Shown: positions 36,301 through 48,329 of the stretch, piece after piece
Layout: the number at the start of each line of letters is the position of its first letter
How positions within the stretch are numbered: position 1 is the first letter of the stretch
Origin: Macrostomum lignano
Lineage: Eukaryota
Assembly: GCA_002269645.1 (NCBI GenBank)
Contig: NIVC01001051.1
Location: 1-64,000 of the forward strand
DNA length: 64,000 nucleotides
Direction of reading: 5' to 3'
Position numbers and translations under genes: made by a program
The notes under the pieces: generated by a model
What the model was told of the DNA's origin: nothing
Database searches by the model: none
The model's input: only the letters and a program-made list of their open reading frames with translations

Positions 36301-37955
36301 GCGTAGCCAAGAATTTCTCATGGGGGGGATGCAAGGATATAAATGAGTAAAGCTGCTGCTACTTGTACAGCTTGCTGGCCCAATGACAGTTCACAAGAAA
36401 AGTGCCGTAAATCAAATATGTAGGTGATAGGTAGCTATGAACAGCCAGTCAAGTTTCTAATTCGATGAAAATCGCACAATTTAGTGAAAAAAATAGAAAA
36501 AATTCTTTCTGAATGCTTGAGTAAATGAAAATCGTTTTTTACTTGCTGCACTAGCATGCACTATGCTTTCCAATGTATCAATTTAGCTTTTCAACAATAT
36601 TTTGCTTTCTAATCAATGTAGCACCAATATATTTTAGAGCTGTAGAGCAATATGTTAAATAAAAACAACAAACTGGCAGTCTGACACAGTAAAGAGTTCA
36701 CAATTACAATTACAACAGCCGCAGGCGAGTTTCAAAACGCCGTGAGTATTCCTCAATCACACACTTGTATGGCAGTTGAATGTCTTTGTGCACTGACAGC
36801 ATTGCAAGTCCGTTCAGCCGGCTCTCGCCCGTGGTTGACCTGGTATGGGTCTTCAAAAGACAACGCATACTAAATGATCTTTCAGCTGTGCAAGTTGTCA
36901 CTGGGATAGTGAGAAAGATCGTCAGTAGGTCATGGATGTTTGGCCAAAGACCCTTATTGCAGCGCTTGATTGTGTCGGAGATGGTCATGGTACTTCGCTC
37001 AGCTGATGGCAGGCTCTTACAGAATGCTTGCCAGCGTTCAAATTCAGCTAAGCATATTGCGACTGGCTCCAGAAAGAAGCTGTACTCGTTGAATGCCTCC
37101 GTTGCAGCCAGAGTGGCATCTGCATTGACGCAGTTGGCGGGTAAAAGCTTGGTCATTTTCATGGCAATCTTGGCTGATCTTGAAAAGCGCTCACTGAGCT
37201 TGGAAATGACGAGATCCAGTGCACATACATGCGCAACCTCCAAAATTTGGTCGGCCGTGCGACTTAGTTTTAACAAAAATGCGACGTAGTTTTCGGCCAA
37301 AAATGCGACTTACATGAAAAAAACCTGAAAGCAAAATTAACGCAACTTTGGGTAAACGGCAGGAGTAACTATGACTGTCTTTATTAAGGCAAAATGCTTC
37401 GTCAGCTACTTAATACTACTTTGGTATTTATTTGGGTGGGCATTTTTGCAACTTACCTTGGTTGGCCGCCAAATCAGTCGTCCATATCGGCCAACTATTG
37501 TGCATGTATGGTTTTGACTCTTGTCATTCCTAATCGTATTTGTACCCCATGTGGCACTAGAACAGTACACTTGACACGGAGTGTTTTAGGCATGATTGTA
37601 CAGTGTAAGGTTGCAAAAGTGGGGAGTGGCAGAGATACATATGTATATATAGCTGTATGGCACAGGATGGCACAAGCTAAGGCTAAGTCAATGCATGCAG
37701 CGATAAAAGCAGTCTGTAAAGCCAAATAGTGAAAGTTAACCTTAACTTATAGCACCTTGGCAGCCTATGCTGTCTGCCTGCATCTGATACGAGCATATAA
37801 CTAAACTACCAAGGCAATTGGTTGTATTTACACTTACTTTCTGTACATGAATTGGTAAAGGTAAGGGCTTTTAAATGTTTTATTTATATAGTAATACTCA
37901 TAAATCAATTTTATTTTATCACCAAAATCATATACTCGACTTAATCTTTCACAGA

Positions 37956-39587
37956 ATGATGTACAGCCTTAGTTGTCTTTGCCTACTGATTCTAAGTGGC
38001 ATCCTAGCTATCAATGGTATTCTAGCTGAGAGTGAGTGCTCAATTGTTATAAATGAGTTAAATACTGATGAGCCTAATATTGGATCTCAAGAATTTTCAG
38101 AGTTCATTGAGCTGAAGAAAGTTTGTTCCACAACTGCAATGCTATTAGGATCAGTGCCAGTGAGACTCCGTGATTTTCTTCTGATTGGAGTTCAAGAATA
38201 TAGCGGCGATTTTAGACGACCTGTGGTTTCATTTTCTGCTGACTTCTATCGGTCCTCGGGCTTCAAAACGGACAGCAGTTTCTTTGTTATTGCATCAAAA
38301 GAGAAGCAGGAAGCAGCAGATATGTTTTTTACCGATACATCTATTGGGTATCAGGGAAAAACTAGACATGGGCTGCCAAGTTCCGCTCCTAGTGGATCAT
38401 CGCAGTCATCCATCATTGATTTTTTCAAGTCTGCTAGTAAGACAATTCCAACAGAACCAAATGCATTAAAGAATGGGAATGGTAAAAGTGCTATGGCCAT
38501 TATTCTCTTGTATCAACGAGACTTTTCTAGATCAGAATCGGACAGTTCAAGTTCCACAACTGCCAGTAGCATTGGAAAACTGCGACTAGCTAAAATGCAT
38601 GCAACACAAAGAAGACCTGTTTATGAAGATAAAATTATCATTGATAACTCATTAGCTGAAATTATTAGGAACAATGTGCATGACATGATCATCTATGCAC
38701 GAAGTACACAAAATAACAGGTGCACATTTTTTGAGTCCATTTATCGTAGGCTAAGAGACAAGCCCAACTACATCTTAAAGCCAGCAAGAGAATGGGATGA
38801 ACTTGGTCATGAGGACTATTCAATAAACCGGTGCCCTGAATCCAGCAGTGAGTTACGAAAGCCTTTGCTTTTTACAAGGTGGAAACTTGGACAGTTGACT
38901 CCAGGTAGAGAAAATGACTGCTCAGGTGCTCATTGGATTTTAGAGGACAATATTGAAGCCATCATAAATACACCTTCAAGAGAAGCAGGTACATTGGCAG
39001 ACTCAGCATTAGCATCTGCTTCATCAGCAACAGAAAGAATCGAAATGCGACTAGCTCCTGCTCCAGCTCCATGTTCTGAAAGCTCACACCGTAGTGAATT
39101 GGCCAGGTCCTATGAATTTTCAGAGCAAATAGCAGCTAATCGAGATCATGCTGTTCAAACTGCTGCTGCAGAAACTTCTAATTTTTGCTCTGCTGCAAAT
39201 GTACAGGAAAGAAGAGAGTTGTTGGAGAATGACCAGCAAACAAGCAAACTACAAGTGGAAATTATTAGGCAAGTAAATATTCAAAGACAATCAACGAAAC
39301 GATCACTTTGCCAAAGTCCTATTGTTGATTTAGATTTGAGCGACTCAAGGGGTTCAGGTGATGTTGAAATAGTACAAGTAAATACTGCAGAAGCAGGGCC
39401 ATCGCAAAGAAAAATACCATGCATAAGCACATCTGCAGACGCATGTCTAGCCACTTCAGTATCAAAGCCCTCGTCTTCCTCTATGATGGGCGAAAATATT
39501 GAAGTTTTCCCTAAAAAGGACTGGGAGGATACATCTGGTTTTCGAGAGGAGTGGTTACATTCTTTGGAGATGCACCAGTCACAGTAA
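37956..39587 (+). CDS. Transposon-borne ORF: signal-peptide-like N-terminus, lamin-tail-domain-like module and Ser/Ala-rich linker (543 aa if unspliced)
   Basis: Starts MMYSLSCLCLLILSGILAINGILA, then SIVINELNTDEP...EFIELK and later SINRCP...TPGRENDC. Start follows a 94-nt intron (37861-37954) with an upstream in-frame stop. Ends at a GTAAGT donor (39584). Confidence 0.75.
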   Translation: MMYSLSCLCLLILSGILAINGILAESECSIVINELNTDEPNIGSQEFSEFIELKKVCSTTAMLLGSVPVRLRDFLLIGVQEYSGDFRRPVVSFSADFYRSSGFKTDSSFFVIASKEKQEAADMFFTDTSIGYQGKTRHGLPSSAPSGSSQSSIIDFFKSASKTIPTEPNALKNGNGKSAMAIILLYQRDFSRSESDSSSSTTASSIGKLRLAKMHATQRRPVYEDKIIIDNSLAEIIRNNVHDMIIYARSTQNNRCTFFESIYRRLRDKPNYILKPAREWDELGHEDYSINRCPESSSELRKPLLFTRWKLGQLTPGRENDCSGAHWILEDNIEAIINTPSREAGTLADSALASASSATERIEMRLAPAPAPCSESSHRSELARSYEFSEQIAANRDHAVQTAAAETSNFCSAANVQERRELLENDQQTSKLQVEIIRQVNIQRQSTKRSLCQSPIVDLDLSDSRGSGDVEIVQVNTAEAGPSQRKIPCISTSADACLATSVSKPSSSSMMGENIEVFPKKDWEDTSGFREEWLHSLEMHQSQ

Positions 39588-39714
39588 GTAAATGGAAACT
39601 GACGAACTGTAAATTAATGTATAGTGTACTGTGTATTGCACTTATTAGCATATTGCTTTTAGATACTCACAAATAGTCCAAATCCCAAAATATTCTCTAA
39701 TTTGACCATTGCAG

Positions 39715-42098
39715 ATCATTTTCAAGAAAATTTGTGTCACAAGAAATGAAGACATGGTTTCAATATGTTCAAAACACCGAAGATCTATCAAGATCTGGAA
39801 TACAATGTCGGATCTGCAGAAAATTTTTGAGTGCACATAAGAAAAAGGAGACAAATCTAGAGAGCCAACGTAAGTTAACTTTTGCAACAGAACAAGGCTA
39901 CATTCCCAAAGGTCATGCAAAAGATAGCGTACGAAGAAAACTACAGGAACATTCATCAAATACACTTCACAGTGACGCCATAAAGTGGATGAAGGAAAAA
40001 CATACTTCAGTTCTTGCAAAGCAACTCAAACAGATGAATGAGGCCGCTAGACTAGCTAAAACTAAACGAGATGAAATAACAGCCCGAGTTTTGACAACAG
40101 TTTATGCCGAAGTCAAATCTAATATTCCATTCAGTGCTCATCCAAATATAATTGATTTACAAGTAAAAAATGGGTTGGATATGGGGAGCCATCATAAGCA
40201 TCGCAAAAGTGCCGCAGCAATGGTGGAATCAATCAGTAATACAATGCATCGGACATTTGTGAATTACATTAAAAGTGCTGACAATCTTCCGATTTCTATT
40301 GTACTAGATACAACGTCTGATATTCATTCAAACAGCTACGTCATGATATACTTCAGAGTTCTTGAAAACAGCCAACCTTTGATGTTTTTTTATCGGTTTA
40401 AACGTCTGACTGAAGTAGAGACTGGACGAAGCATTTATGAACTTCTCATCCGTTTATTTTCGGATGACAAGCTAGAAGATGAAATCAAACGAAGGCTATG
40501 GGGGGTGACAACTGATGGTGCATCCGTAATGACAGGAAGTCGAGTGGGATTAATAAGTCAACTGAGGCCTTGGGCTAGCAAACAATTTTTTCAGCACCAT
40601 TGTGCAGCGCATAAGTTAGAACTTTCAATCTATCATGCCTTTGAAATCTTCCCATTTATGCAACATCTCGATAAGAATATAAATTCTCTACACAAATTTT
40701 ATATGAGCCACGCTGTTAAACGTAAGGCATCTTTGGCACAAACTTCGGAAGCACTCAACTTGGTTTTCTATGAATTAAAAAGAATATATCGCATCAGGTG
40801 GGTTGCATCGGAAGTGTCTGCTCTTGATGTGATTCGAAAGTCGTATTACTTGCTTCTGACAAATTTAGAAAATATCAAATCACCTTCCTCAGGCTTTGAT
40901 GACGAAAGTAAAGCAACTGCCTCTGGATTATTGAAAACATTGCAAAATGTCCGGTATTATTCATTACATCTATTTCTCATGGACATTCTAAAATTACTGG
41001 AATTTGAGTCCTTGCAGTTTCAAAGAGCCAAGGGTACATTTATTGGCTTGCAAGAACGCCACACTAACCTTATACATTCACTAGAAACCTTAAAAACGAA
41101 CAATGGTCCTCGCATTGTGGACTTTTTGGCTTCCTGCAAGTGTCGTCGAGTTTTGGGAACTGCAGATGGATATCCGCAGCTGGAATACCATTCAGGATGT
41201 CACACAAGAGACCTATCTTATTCTAACTTTGCTTGTCCTTCCGGCCCTGGAAGCAGCGATCCAACAGAGAGGTTTGAGTTGAAGCAACCAGGTTCTGCTG
41301 CAGACATCTCTAAGAAATAGATTATTTGATGCTAGTGGACGTGGCAGTGTTGTTGACATGGGAGCTTATCCAGCACTGGATGAGATTCGCAGTCGAATCA
41401 TTGATAGCATAATTGATCAGCTGCGTAATTATTTTCCTGAGGATGACTACTCAATATTTAATGTGCTCAACCCAGTGTTATTGCCTAATGCTGAAACATT
41501 ACATACTGTCTTTACATACAGTTCGAGAATCATACCTCTTGCTAGACGGTTTGGAATGGAAGATGACAGCTCTGAATCTGAAACAGAGGACCATCTTTCT
41601 GATTCAGACTGTAGAGATGCAGATGCTTCAGAACGCGCTACAGAAAGGACAATCTCTGGTCAGTTCGGTCTACTCCTAAAAAGTTTGATCACTTCGCATA
41701 GTGTTGACTTCTGTGCCTACAAAGGCAAAGGTCCGGTGAAATTTTGGAGTCACTTTCTAGAGACAAGAACTGTTGAATGGCTGCCCAGAATAAAGAATCT
41801 AATTATGGTTGTGTTAACTTTGCCAATATCATCAGCTGAGGCTGAAAGAGGGTTTTCTATCTATAAGCACATTGCCTATGACAGGAGAACACGCTTGGCA
41901 CCAAAAACATTGGAGCATCTACTACGGATTCGAATAAATGGGCCTCCGCTGATGAAATTTAAGCCGGATATTTATGTCAATGATTGGCTGAAAAAACACT
42001 GGCGTTCTGATGCTCCTGGAGGTCAACGGCAAAAAGAATCCAACGTAGACGAGGAAAATAAAGATTCTGATTCTGATTTGCTAAGTGGACTATTTTGA
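39715..42098 (+). CDS. hAT transposase (KIAA1586/C17orf113-like); ORF track pieces 39734-41320 and 41358-42098 joined by a putative 49-nt intron (41272-41320) or a frameshift
   Basis: Motifs CRIC...H..(N)..H, LQVKNGLDMG, SIVLDTTSD, GVTTDGASVMTG, HCAAHKLEL, RIRWVAS, LPISSAEAERGFS. The D, D, CxxH, RW and E catalytic elements are all present. Confidence 0.9.
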
Positions 42099-42439
42099 AA
42101 GTTTTTTATCAGTTTTAATCTGCTACAATTTTAATCAATTATTACAATGGTACATGCATAATAATTAAGACTACAGTTCTTCTAAGTTCATATATAAGAC
42201 CGTTAGAATCTTGCAGTTTTAATTTGCTAATTAAATATTATTAAAAGTATGATTTGCAATTGTAATAGGGCTGAAAAATTACTGCTTATAAGTTATTCTA
42301 TCCCTATTTCTATTCCTTAGCCATTTCTGGCTTCGTAATTCTTAATTTTTCAAATTGATGCGTTAATGCACACGTAGCCTACACCCTAGTAAGTGATACA
42401 TTAAATTCATCCTAAACTAATCCTATCCTAATAATCCTA

Positions 42440-43430
42440 AAGATGCTCTGCGACTTAACTCAGTCCTGCTGCGACTTGCCTCGGCCCTGCTGCGACTTAC
42501 TCGGTCCTGCTGCGACTTAGCTCGCCCTCGGTGCGACTTAGCTCTCGCTCGGTGCGACTTAGCTCGCCCTCGGTGCGACTTAGCTCGGTCCTGCTGCGAC
42601 TTAGTGCGACTTAGCTCTCGCTCGGTGCGACTTAGTTCGCCCTCGGTGCGACTTAGCTCGGTCCTGCTGCGACATAGCTCGCCCTCAGTGCGACTTAGCT
42701 CTCGCTCGGTGCGACTTATTTTGCCCTCGGTGCGACTTAGCTCGGTCCTGCTGCAACTTAGCTCGCCCTCGGTGCGACTTAGCTCGGTCCTGCTGCGACT
42801 TAGCTCGCCCTCAGTGCGACTTAGCTCTCGCTCGGTGCGACTTAGTTCGCCCTCGGTGTGACTTAGCTCGGTCCTGCTGCAACTTAGCTCGCCCTCGGTG
42901 CGACTTAGCTTGGTCCTGCTGCGACTTAGTGCGACTTAGCTCTCGCTCGGTGCGACTTAGTTCGCCCTCGGTGCGACTTAGCTCGGTCCTGCTGCGACTT
43001 AGTGCGACTTAGCTCTCGCTCGGTGCGACTTAGTTCGCCCTCGGTGCGACTTAGCTCGGTCCTGCTGCAACTTAGCTCGCCCTCGGTGCGACTTAGCTTG
43101 GTCCTGCTGCGACTTAGTGCGACTTAGCTCTCGCTCGGTGCGACTTAGTTCGCCCTCGGTGCGACTTAGCTCGGTCCTGCTGCGACTTAGCTCGCCCTCG
43201 GTGCGACTTAGCTCGGTCCTGCTGCGACTTAGTGCGACTTAGCTCTCGCTCGGTGCGACTTATTTTGCCCTCGGTGCGACTTAGCTCGCCCTTAGTGCGA
43301 CTTAGCTCTCGCTCGGTGCGACTTAGTTCGCCCTCGATGCGACTTAGCTCGGTCCTGCTGCGACTTAGCTTGCCCTCGGTGCGACTTAGCTCGCCCTCGG
43401 TGCGACTTACCTTGTCTTCAGTGCTGCAAC
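42440..43430. repeat. Subterminal minisatellite of the nested hAT element
   Basis: ~18-bp units built on the core GTGCGACTTAGCTC. Confidence 0.92.
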
Positions 43431-46400
43431 TTACAGCACTTACAACTCTTTTTGTGTTTTTCTCTTTCTCTTTGCTCCCTTTTTCTCGTTTTTTCCTTTT
43501 CCTTTCCCCTTTTTCGTCTTTTGTTTTTTCGTTTTTTTTGGCGGTTAATCAATTTTGCGACTTACTTGGTTGGCCGCCAAATCGGTCGGCCGGATCGGCC
43601 GACTCGGCCGACTGTTGCGCATGTATGCCAGTGCAGGATACCAGACATTCACTTTAAAGTTCTCAAAAGCACTACCACTATGTGCATTGCTGCAATGCTG
43701 GCTGCGCTGCAAAAAAAGTGCTCTGTACTTATTCAGAATTGGCTGATCGTCATTGTGTTGCTTATGAAGTCTGTCGGCAGTTTCAAACAGCTCTTTGAAT
43801 TTTGCATCCGAACTGTCACTTCGCCAAGTCCTTAGAAGTTGGAGAACTCGATCAGCCTCCTCGCTAGCAACGATGAGGTCCATGGCCTTCCCCTACGATG
43901 AAAAAAGTTGAAAATGAGATTAGCCAAATGCACATACAAAAAATCATAAATATTAATATGACATGAACTTGACATCGTGCAGGCATATCATAATGCGTAA
44001 CATTTTGCAATTTGCATGGTTCTATCTATCTAACAGACCGACAATCCAACACCCACCCTTCAGTGAAGGCAAAGTTAATTATAAAAACTAATTTTCTATT
44101 CCCTTACTTAACTAATTAAACTTAAAGCAACTTTAATATACAAAAAGTAGCTTCAGAACTAACAAAGAATCAAAGAGCAATCAGTTAATTCCAAAAGAGC
44201 AATTAAAAATCAAATTTCCATAAATCTGATAGAAGCACTTGCCTGAAATATGACTGAAAGACCACGCCTTGAACCAAGCAGTGCTTGAAGGACATGAATG
44301 CCAACAATAGTCACTGCATTGACGATGTTGTTGTACACAGACAGGTCCGCAGAATAAAAGTACTCTGCAGCCACATCAAAGACCGCCAGAAAGTCAGAGA
44401 CGCAATCTATACTGTCCACAAACCGTGTTAGGCAGAATGGCTTCAATCGCATCTTGAGGCACTCTGTCTATGTGGCATCACTCTGCTTAGCCGCGACAAG
44501 TTCAGCAAACTTTTTTGTCCTGACTGCTGAATGCGAGAAGTGCTTAGATGCAGCATCAAGTGTGGCATACACACTCTTCAGTTCCCGAATGCCTCGCTTG
44601 CTGTCTACTGTTGCCCTGGTGCAAAGATTAAGACAGTGACTGTAGCAGTGGATGTAGATAGCATTAGGGCATGTTCTTCGAATTCGACCTTGAACACCAC
44701 CTTCAGCACTCATAACCAAAGCACCGTCGTAGCCTTGCGCAACAAGAAGTGACTTGTCCAGTTGCAAGAGCTCCAGCTTTGCATCAATGGCATCAACAAT
44801 TGCAGGAGCATCTTGTTCCTTTAGTTCTACAAAGCCAACAAAGCGCTCTTGAACATCTCCATCGTTGTTGACATAGCAAATCGTGATTGAGAGTTGCTCA
44901 GAATGTGCAATATCACTTGTTCCATCAACAATAATGGCATAGAATGATTTAATTGGCTGAACAACTGTGCAAGTCATTACAGTGTTAATGCAGTCTATTA
45001 GCCTATTTTGTATGGCAGGTGAAAGGCCAGTGGAATTGAGAGGTCTACTCTCCAAGAGACTTGCTAGTTTTTTATCTTTGACAGCATCTCTTTGAAGAAG
45101 AGCTCGCAAATTTCCTTGTGTGTAATCGACACGTTCACGTCCGTCGGGAACCTTTAATCTTCCTGCATCTTCACGATGGCCACGCAGACCCTGGTTTGTG
45201 CGCCCAAGGTATTCGATTGCCTGGATGACAGCCTCAAATATATACTGGTTATCCAGTAGGGCTACACTAGTTGATGTCTTCATTTGCGCTGACACATCAG
45301 CAGCATTTGTGGCTGCTTGCAATTCTACCTGGCGGAATGTATCACATGCCTGCTGGTGGTAGTGACAATTACAATGCTTAGTGTAAATCTCCATAATCTT
45401 CTTGAAGTTGGTAGCTAGTATTGTTACAAGCTGACCAAGCTCTTGTTTGTTTCTCTCACCAATGCTAGTTGAGGGTGCAAAAAGTACACAAGGTAGACAG
45501 AAGACTCCCTGCTGCTTTGGTGAAAAGTAGAAACAGCTATTCACTCCAGTGAGATGATAATGGTGTAGCCTATACTTCTGCCTCATTCCCTCAGTGAAAG
45601 GAAGCTTGTAGCTCTCAGAAATGTTCAGTACTTCTTTCATGAAAAAGCAACAATGTTCAGCAGATAGCTTGCCTTGCATTTGAAGCTGCATAGCATCGTA
45701 GATATCTGGAACAGCAATCTCAGTGGAAGGTGGTGGCGGCTTAGGTGGAGAGACAGAATTTACACTCACAGGCAACACTTCCAAAGCAGGAGCAGCAACA
45801 GGGACAGAGTCCGGGCCTATGTACTCTGCATTTCCATCTCCATGTAAACCAGAGATAGCACAAACAGTAGCAGTAGTCGTTATTTCTATAGTTGACCTTG
45901 TAGTAGATACAGGTACAGATGAGTTCTGACTGTGTAGCAATTGTTGCGAGAAAAAAAATCGATCTATCTTTGATTGTTTTGTTGGAGGTGGAGCCATACT
46001 ACGAGCATATACTATAGTCAGTGCCTCCAGAATACTATGGTAGTTAAGCTAAAGTATATTTCACTTGGTGGGGGGTTGGGCCTTGGGCCTTGGGGTTGGG
46101 ACTCGGGAGGGTGAAGAACTGAAGATGTACATATAAGGGTCATATATAGGATGTACAATCACAATGTACATATATGAGCGTACAACCAACTACCTTGCCC
46201 TTACCCCTCAGTCCCACACTCTGACTCTCTTCCTCTCTCCTGAGCCTCACACTCTTTTCCAAGACTAAGCCAGAGGCAAAGGCAAAACTAGGAAGGAATT
46301 TTTATTGTGCTACTCGTATCTTTCAAATTCATGTTATATTATTAGACAGTTTTTGGATTAGAATTCTGTTCAGCTATAAGAATCAAATGTAGTATATATC

Positions 46401-48329
46401 GACAAAATTAATAACACTAACAGTACAGTAATCACATCAGTATCAGTATTGAATACAAACCTTAGAGATTTAGTAATTTCTTACACCCACCAACTAGGCC
46501 CACGGGGGGGGATATATCCCCATATCCCCCCTTGCCTACGCCACTGAATATGCTTAGTTAATAGTATTAGAAATCAGACAAATTTGGAATACTTAGATTT
46601 GGAATCAAATTAACCAAATCTTTAGTTTAAATCAAAATTGGAAAATTGACAATCCAAATACTAAATAATTGCTTTGATATCAGAACAAATATTTGGAAGT
46701 TGAAAGTAAAATAGTAGTATTGTGGCTTTGAAATGATTTAATGAAATAAAGAATTGGGGATAGTTATGCTCTAAGAAAGGCAGAAAGAATAGAGATATAA
46801 CAATTAAGTATATTTATATTAAGATTTAAAAAAGCTTTAGAAGTAAAAAACTTGAAAGTTTGAGTTTAAAGAGTTAAAAACGCTAGGGATTATAGGCATA
46901 TGGTTTATAAATAAAAGGAGGAAATTAAGCAAGGATAGGACAACACATGGATATGATATATCTTGAGGAAAGGCAGGGGTGCTTGAGCAGTTGCAAGCTA
47001 GTTGTGCTTAGATTCAAGGCTTTAAGACAAGTGAAGCATTAGGAATTAAGTTTATATAACATAGATTCAAGGGCATTGATTCTTACAAACTTGGAAGGGT
47101 GGGGTTAGCATTGGTCTAGGCACATTTTATTAAACAATAAGTAAAGAGGATAGCCTATTGGTCAAAGGCTACTAAAGGGATATTGTTCACTAAAATATTT
47201 GTATTTAATATTATTTGGTATTCAAATCAGAATATAATTTCAAATAGCTTGTTTAAGACTTGTTTAAGGCTATAAATAGTATTATTATATCATTTTTAAT
47301 ATTATATAATATTATATAACATTTGAACTATATAACAGTTATATAACATAACATTTAGGCTTATATATCTTTGTTAATATCTATAGATCTATGCTCATAT
47401 ATGCACAATACCTAGCTGACCTAGCCAATCTAGTCAGCTGGCAAGAGGCCTAGCTAAGGTAAATTGCAAAAATATCTATCCCATAAATAATAACATATTA
47501 CAAATTAGTTGATAATGTATTTAGCCTTAAAAATACTTTTATAATTATTTCTACCATTTACCAAAAATTATGTTAATGTTTGCTTTGGGTTCTTTCATAG
47601 GTAAATTGCATTTCTGGTAAAAAATTAAGTCACATAGCTATTGTTAATCAAGGGGTTTGCACATGTATGTCTATGCTTAAATAGTAGCTTAAGGCAAACA
47701 CTTGAATGTTTTAAGAAATAGAGGAGATACAATACCTAAGCATAGTCTAAGTTATTGAATACTCCTATTGCAGCCAAGGTCTAAACCATTTAGTTTCTAA
47801 ACTAGGTTTAAACCATATTAGCCTTAGAATTTAAATACCAAAGGTATTATTAAGGCCCAAGCATTGATAAATGGCTATTTCTAATGAGAAAAATTGTTAG
47901 GAAAGGGCAATAGTGTTTTATAGCCAAAGAAGGCCTATTCTTTATTATAAAAATATATAAATAATGATAGACAATGGCTTTGGCTATCTTCTTACCTAGA
48001 ATAAACTAATCAAGATATTTGTTATATTAGTTTGGTTAGCTATAGTTCATGGCCTCATTGCCATTAATGTAATAATATGCTTATTCCTAAACAAAGTAGT
48101 AGCTATAAATGCTAGTCTCCTCTAGGTATTCTTCCTAGCAATGATTGACTATATTTAAGGTCTAATACAATGGGCTAGTGTTTAACTAAATATGAACTTT
48201 TATTAATCAATATTATTAATCAAGAAGCCTTGCATAAGATTGATTGAGATTGAAGGCTATAAGATTGATTGCACTGTTGAAGACCATTAGCTCAGCCTAC
48301 GTAGAGCTAATGTAATAAATAGCTTGCTA

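Larger units (their letters stand above)
37224..43627 (+). mobile_element. Nested, apparently intact hAT transposon (6404 bp) carrying a lamin-tail-like ORF and a KIAA1586/C17orf113-type transposase
   Basis: Perfect 14-bp TIRs CATACATGCGCAAC (37224-37237) / GTTGCGCATGTATG (43614-43627). Perfect 8-bp TSD CCAGTGCA at 37216-37223 and 43628-43635. Confidence 0.95.
36710..45997 (-). pseudogene. Disrupted hAT transposase of the outer element: 45997-44243, GC-AG intron 44242-43893, 43892-43628, then 37215-36710
   Basis: Motifs FYAIIVDGTSD, QGYDGALVM, HCYSHCLNL, LKPFCLTRF, IPVTTCTAERSFS. In-frame TAG at 44468-44470. Removing the nested element and one TSD copy restores WYPAL-DLVISKLSERF in frame (~841 aa). 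Confidence 0.88.
36296..46546 (-). mobile_element. hAT DNA transposon (outer element, ZMYM1-like/Tip100-type transposase), ~3.84 kb once the nested insertion is removed
   Basis: Termini CAGGGGCGTAGCC (36296) and reverse-complemented CAGTGGCGTAGGC (ending 46546). Perfect 8-bp TSD AATATGCT at 36288-36295 and 46547-46554. Transposase on the minus strand. Confidence 0.93.
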
